Under the pieces are notes generated by a model. The model was not told the origin of the DNA. It searched no databases and saw only the letters and a program-made list of their open reading frames with translations. From Promethearchaeota archaeon (GTDB taxonomy: Archaea; Asgardarchaeota; Lokiarchaeia; Sigyniarchaeales; SOKP01): a stretch of 19,433 bases of DNA. Numbering within the stretch: the first letter of the stretch is position 1; each line of letters starts with the position of its first letter. Shown piece after piece: positions 15,651 through 19,433 of the stretch. The translations under genes and the position numbers were made by a program. The DNA is taken from contig JAEOTS010000090.1 in the NCBI GenBank assembly GCA_016839745.1, positions 1 through 19,433 of the forward strand, written 5' to 3'.

Positions 15651-17273
15651 CTAATTAATTTTATACTTTAAGTGCTTTAATTCGACTCTTTTTATGTTCT
15701 TGTAGAATAAAACGAATATTGCATATATTGTTGAGGACCATATAATCCAAGAAAGTGCTTGGTACGTATCTATGTTTAAAAAATAGTTAATGAAGTCTTC
15801 TAAAACATAAAACCCTAGATCTGTTAAGTCCCCTGGCATATCAACTATCTTTGGATAAAACTGAATTGCGATTGCTTCGTGTGTGTTATTTTTTAAGTTC
15901 TTAAAAATATTTGCAACAGTTTTATTGTTTGGATCATCTAATTTTAGCTTAGTAAAGGTGTTTAAATCTTCATTTGTGTGAATATCGGACCCTGCAATGC
16001 AAATTAAACTGTTATTCATGCAAAATTCACGAATTTCCGTGTATTTGTTGTAGCTTCCTCCATTGATAATTTCAAAACCATCAACTCCCCAATCTCTTAA
16101 TTGTTCAAGAGTATAGGGGGCACCAAATCCTCCTTCAGGATTAGGTTCATAATGATAATGATTTACCGTTATAAAGCCGCCATTAGCTTTTACATAACTT
16201 ATTAGCTCTGAAGAATTCATCACTTTAGGACCTCCAGGAGTGTAAGATTCGGGAGGAACGATTTCTTCCTCTAAACCAAAGTAATTCATATGAATTTCAG
16301 GGTTAGTTTCGTGATTTGTCCATTCTTCTGCTATCCAAACCGTAAAATCCAATCCGTTTTTTTCAACAAAGTCTCGAGCAATTCGAGCTCCTCTTATGTT
16401 ATCGTGATCAGAAAAAGCTGCACCGGATATACCATGCTCCATATACCATATAACTCTTTCTTCGGGAGTAAGCCATCCATCAGAAAAAATAGTGTGAACG
16501 TGAAAATCAAACAAAAATTCGTTGTCTTCAAGAGGTGTAGTGGGCACAATTCTATGAGGAGGGAATTGAATAGATAGTAAAACGATATTTGTGCCAAGTA
16601 ATAAAAGTATGATTCCAGCAAAAAAAACAGATTCTTTTGTCAAATTATAGGTAATTCTAGTCTTTTTTGAATTAGCTCTTCGAATATTATGCTCGATTTT
16701 CCTCGCAAGATTAAGTTTAAGCCTTGGATGGATTAGCTTTAGTAGCGTGTAACCAACTTTGATCCCTACTAAGATATAGCAAAGGTGTATTCCTATTTGA
16801 ATAGGAACCATGAAGTATCTACTGACGAAGAAAAAACCTTGAATTAAAAAACCTATTAGGATTATTAACAAAATTACTAGGAGCGTTATAGAAAAGACTT
16901 TAAATACAAAGTAAATGATATCTGTTATTATATGCCTAATTTGGTTATACTTTTTTGAATACAATTTCCCCCTTTTTCTTAAGAAAACATAAATAACTCG
17001 AATAATAGGGTATATTATTAATAAGGGTAAAAGCCAAGTAAACTCATATTCAAAGATAAAAGCGATTATTGCAAAAGGTTCAATAATATATCTAAACCAT
17101 GGTAGAACGCTAGAATACGCGGAAGAAACATCGTTTTGTCCAAGAGCATCGTAAAAGACTATCTTTCTTGGTCCTATTACTGCTAAAAAAACCAAAACAA
17201 CAATCCAAATAGAAAAGATTAGTGTTATTATCGAAAATACTTTATTTTTTAATAAAAAAGACTTTAGTCGCAT
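15651..17273 (-). CDS. Multi-pass membrane protein with PHP-family phosphoesterase domain
   Basis: PHP motifs DFHVHT..SDG, FSDHD, AEEW, VNH and GSDIH; several N-terminal TM helices and one C-terminal TM helix. Confidence 0.87.
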   Translation of the reverse strand: MRLKSFLLKNKVFSIITLIFSIWIVVLVFLAVIGPRKIVFYDALGQNDVSSAYSSVLPWFRYIIEPFAIIAFIFEYEFTWLLPLLIIYPIIRVIYVFLRKRGKLYSKKYNQIRHIITDIIYFVFKVFSITLLVILLIILIGFLIQGFFFVSRYFMVPIQIGIHLCYILVGIKVGYTLLKLIHPRLKLNLARKIEHNIRRANSKKTRITYNLTKESVFFAGIILLLLGTNIVLLSIQFPPHRIVPTTPLEDNEFLFDFHVHTIFSDGWLTPEERVIWYMEHGISGAAFSDHDNIRGARIARDFVEKNGLDFTVWIAEEWTNHETNPEIHMNYFGLEEEIVPPESYTPGGPKVMNSSELISYVKANGGFITVNHYHYEPNPEGGFGAPYTLEQLRDWGVDGFEIINGGSYNKYTEIREFCMNNSLICIAGSDIHTNEDLNTFTKLKLDDPNNKTVANIFKNLKNNTHEAIAIQFYPKIVDMPGDLTDLGFYVLEDFINYFLNIDTYQALSWIIWSSTIYAIFVLFYKNIKRVELKHLKYKIN

Positions 17274-17333
17274 AAATATATCTTTGTTCTTATCCTTTAA
17301 AATCTTTCAATTATCACGATTTTCTTTTAATAT

Positions 17334-18518
17334 TCAAACAAATGTGTCTATCGTGGTTAGATCATTAGAAAACTTTTGATATATTCTTACATCCACCACA
17401 GGGAGGTTTTCACATATAACTTGAGTTAATTCTTTTGGATCTATCTTACATCTATAAAAAGGCTTTTTACCTTTTAATACAAGAAAAAGTACTGGAATGT
17501 GGATATTAGAAGGAGCTAAGTTTAAATTTTTACCTAAATCAAAAGATCTTTTTAACTTGTGAATAATATATTCATAGATTTTTCCTTTAGTTCTAAATTC
17601 TGTTTTGAAATAGATAGTTTCCCATCGGGAGGCTCTATTTGATAACTTTATTTTTTTAACTTCTTTAACATATTTGTCTTCTTTAGTGATTGTAACTAAA
17701 AACGCTCCTCGTTTGAACGAAAAATCTGTAGAGCACGCAGCTTCAGAAGATCCTGGGTTATAAACCCAATCCTCTAAAATAAATTGTAAATGGTAATGAC
17801 CAAGGGCAAGATAATTTATTCTCTCTTTTAGGTGCTTAATTCTTACGTAGTTAACACCCGGAACATGCTCCATTTGACCCTCAATACCAAAATGTTGGAG
17901 GAGAATGTGAAAATTCCCATCGTCTTTTATGATTCCTTCCTTTAAAGTTAATAAGTAATCCTCTGGTTTTTCTTTCAAATATCTAGACCCATATATAACT
18001 ACATTTTTAACTTGAATTTTACCACCTTTTCGAACTCGAAAATCATATGGCTTAAATATATCTTCTGGGGACGCATTGATGTCAGCGTCAAGGAGCACGA
18101 TAAGCCCTAAACTCGCTATGAATTTAAGCCATGATTGACCGCGATGATTAAATCTTACTCCTCTTGAGAACTTGCGAATATCGTGATTTCCTTCTATCGC
18201 TATGATTAAAATTCTTTCATCTGTTTTATTTTTGAAATCTCTTAAAATATTAACAATTTTAGTTAATTTGCCCGGTAACATTTCTAACGATGTAAATACA
18301 TCACCCCCTAATAAAATAAAATCAACTTGGTGGGTGATAGCCTTAGATAATATTTCTTCAAATGCAAAAATAAAATCGTTTGCCCGATTTTCATTTCGAT
18401 ATTGATGGCTCCCTAAGTGGATATCGCTTGCATGTATGAATTTTGTAATTTTATTGTCGTTTTCTTGAGTTTTTTCGTAATTTCTTAATTGCAGGTCAGG
18501 TAAATTAACGCTAGTCAT
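17334..18518 (-). CDS. mre11: Mre11/SbcD-family metallophosphoesterase nuclease
   Basis: All five phosphoesterase motifs (SDIHLG, GGDVF, EGNHD, QHFG, LGHYH) plus YNPGS and a capping-domain-sized C-terminus. May be a paralogue rather than the main mre11. Confidence 0.85.
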   Translation of the reverse strand: MTSVNLPDLQLRNYEKTQENDNKITKFIHASDIHLGSHQYRNENRANDFIFAFEEILSKAITHQVDFILLGGDVFTSLEMLPGKLTKIVNILRDFKNKTDERILIIAIEGNHDIRKFSRGVRFNHRGQSWLKFIASLGLIVLLDADINASPEDIFKPYDFRVRKGGKIQVKNVVIYGSRYLKEKPEDYLLTLKEGIIKDDGNFHILLQHFGIEGQMEHVPGVNYVRIKHLKERINYLALGHYHLQFILEDWVYNPGSSEAACSTDFSFKRGAFLVTITKEDKYVKEVKKIKLSNRASRWETIYFKTEFRTKGKIYEYIIHKLKRSFDLGKNLNLAPSNIHIPVLFLVLKGKKPFYRCKIDPKELTQVICENLPVVDVRIYQKFSNDLTTIDTFV

Positions 18519-18723
18519 AGACTTTATAAGGTTGATATCGATTTGCTATAATATGAATTATTATCAGTAAAGATTTATAAATTGAAAAAGTCTAAAGAAA
18601 TAGTGAATATAATAAAAAGACAAATTTATTAACATTCTATGAATTATTCGATTTACAATTGTGTGAAACTTAATTAAAACTTTAATTGTTTAGCCTAAAT
18701 TATTGTCCGAGATCTGTTATTAA

Positions 18724-19299
18724 ATGTCAGAGGATAAATATAAATACGATGCTGGTACGATTCATGGAAGATTTCAAATCCTTCACAACGATCACATGAA
18801 ATTTTTATTAGCGGGAAAAAAATTATGCAAACACTTGATTGTAGGAATTACAAATCCAGATCCATCTTTAACTAAACATCACGACTCAAATCCACACCGT
18901 AGTCAACCATTTGCTAACCCTTTAACATTTTACGAGCGTTATGTAATGATAAGGGAAACTTTGTTTGAGAAAGGGCTGGTATTTACAGAGTTTTCAATAG
19001 TTCCTTTTCCTATTAATGTCCCTGAATTATTAAAATATTATGTTCCTATGAATGTTGTCTTCTTCCTTTCGATTTACGACGATTGGGGCAGGCAGAAGAA
19101 AACATACTTACAATCTTTAGGATTGAATGTCCATGTTCTATGGGAGGTTCCATTAGAGAAAAAAGGACTCAGCGGGAGTGATATACGTGAATCTATGCTT
19201 AAAGATGAACCGTGGGAACATTTAGTCCCTCCAGCCACAGCAAGACTCGTTAAAGAGTGGAGTATCGTAAAAAGGTTAAAAGATTTCAGTTCTAAATAA
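18724..19299 (+). CDS. Nicotinamide/nicotinate-nucleotide adenylyltransferase-like cytidylyltransferase-superfamily protein
   Basis: HGRFQILHNDH (HxGH variant), VGITNPD, NPLTFYER, SGSDIR and WEHLVP match NadM/NadR-type NMN adenylyltransferases. Confidence 0.8.
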   Translation: MSEDKYKYDAGTIHGRFQILHNDHMKFLLAGKKLCKHLIVGITNPDPSLTKHHDSNPHRSQPFANPLTFYERYVMIRETLFEKGLVFTEFSIVPFPINVPELLKYYVPMNVVFFLSIYDDWGRQKKTYLQSLGLNVHVLWEVPLEKKGLSGSDIRESMLKDEPWEHLVPPATARLVKEWSIVKRLKDFSSK

Positions 19300-19345
19300 G
19301 GAAACTTAATAACTCTAGTTGAATAATTAGTTATCTCCAGAGATA

Positions 19346-19432
19346 TTATTGCTTAAGTTTTGGATCTGTTTTGGGTGATTGCACTATAAGAGAGAATATT
19401 TCTGGAATTTGATTTAATGGGTTTAAAAAAAA
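19346..19432 (-). CDS. Possible 3' end of a gene entering from the right edge
   Basis: Open minus frame ...FFLNPLNQIPEIFSLIVQSPKTDPKLKQ*. Another frame is also open for a similar length, so the frame is unresolved. Confidence 0.25.
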   Translation of the reverse strand, partial: FFLNPLNQIPEIFSLIVQSPKTDPKLKQ

Positions 19433-19433
19433 A

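Noticed and set aside
3369-18405. Other short track ORFs (3369, 4482, 4947, 5500, 6842, 7242, 7492, 8567, 9913, 10579, 12169, 14939, 16290, 16394, 18202)
   Set aside because: They overlap well-supported genes (antisense or out of frame) or run through terminator sequence, and show no motifs.
1-19433. Defence island, provirus, CRISPR array, tRNA/rRNA genes, inteins in PolB or Tes
   Set aside because: No integrase, capsid, cas or repeat-spacer pattern; no GC-rich structured RNA; PolB and Tes motifs are contiguous without large insertions; gene content is housekeeping.

Overview
AT-rich (roughly 30% GC by eye), gene-dense archaeal chromosomal segment. It is most consistent with an Asgard archaeon (Lokiarchaeia-like); this is inferred from a PolB1-type polymerase, a tetraether synthase, TATA/BRE-type promoters and composition, not from a marker search. 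Order: truncated TldD (-), PolB1 (+), then a long minus-strand run of MFS transporter, dolichol/phytol-kinase-family membrane protein, MoaD/ThiS-fold protein lacking the C-terminal GG, a 95-aa orphan coupled to tetraether lipid synthase (Tes/GDGT-MAS), a multi-Fe-S protein, PncB, a HeH/Rho_N-SWIM-OB protein and a TetR regulator. Next come a small internally repeated protein, an epoxide-hydrolase-type alpha/beta hydrolase and a 148-aa orphan ending in an HbYX motif (+); a membrane PHP phosphoesterase and an Mre11-like nuclease without Rad50 (-); and an NMN/NaMN adenylyltransferase-like gene (+). No rRNA, tRNA, CRISPR array or transposase was seen. Best leads: (1) the HbYX-tailed orphan as a candidate new proteasome activator or adaptor; (2) the two-gene tes operon with a candidate accessory protein in a lipid-flavoured neighbourhood; (3) a 14-bp inverted repeat bracketing tetR plus related palindromes; (4) the 69-aa repeat microprotein; (5) the GG-less ubiquitin-like protein and the HeH-SWIM-OB protein.
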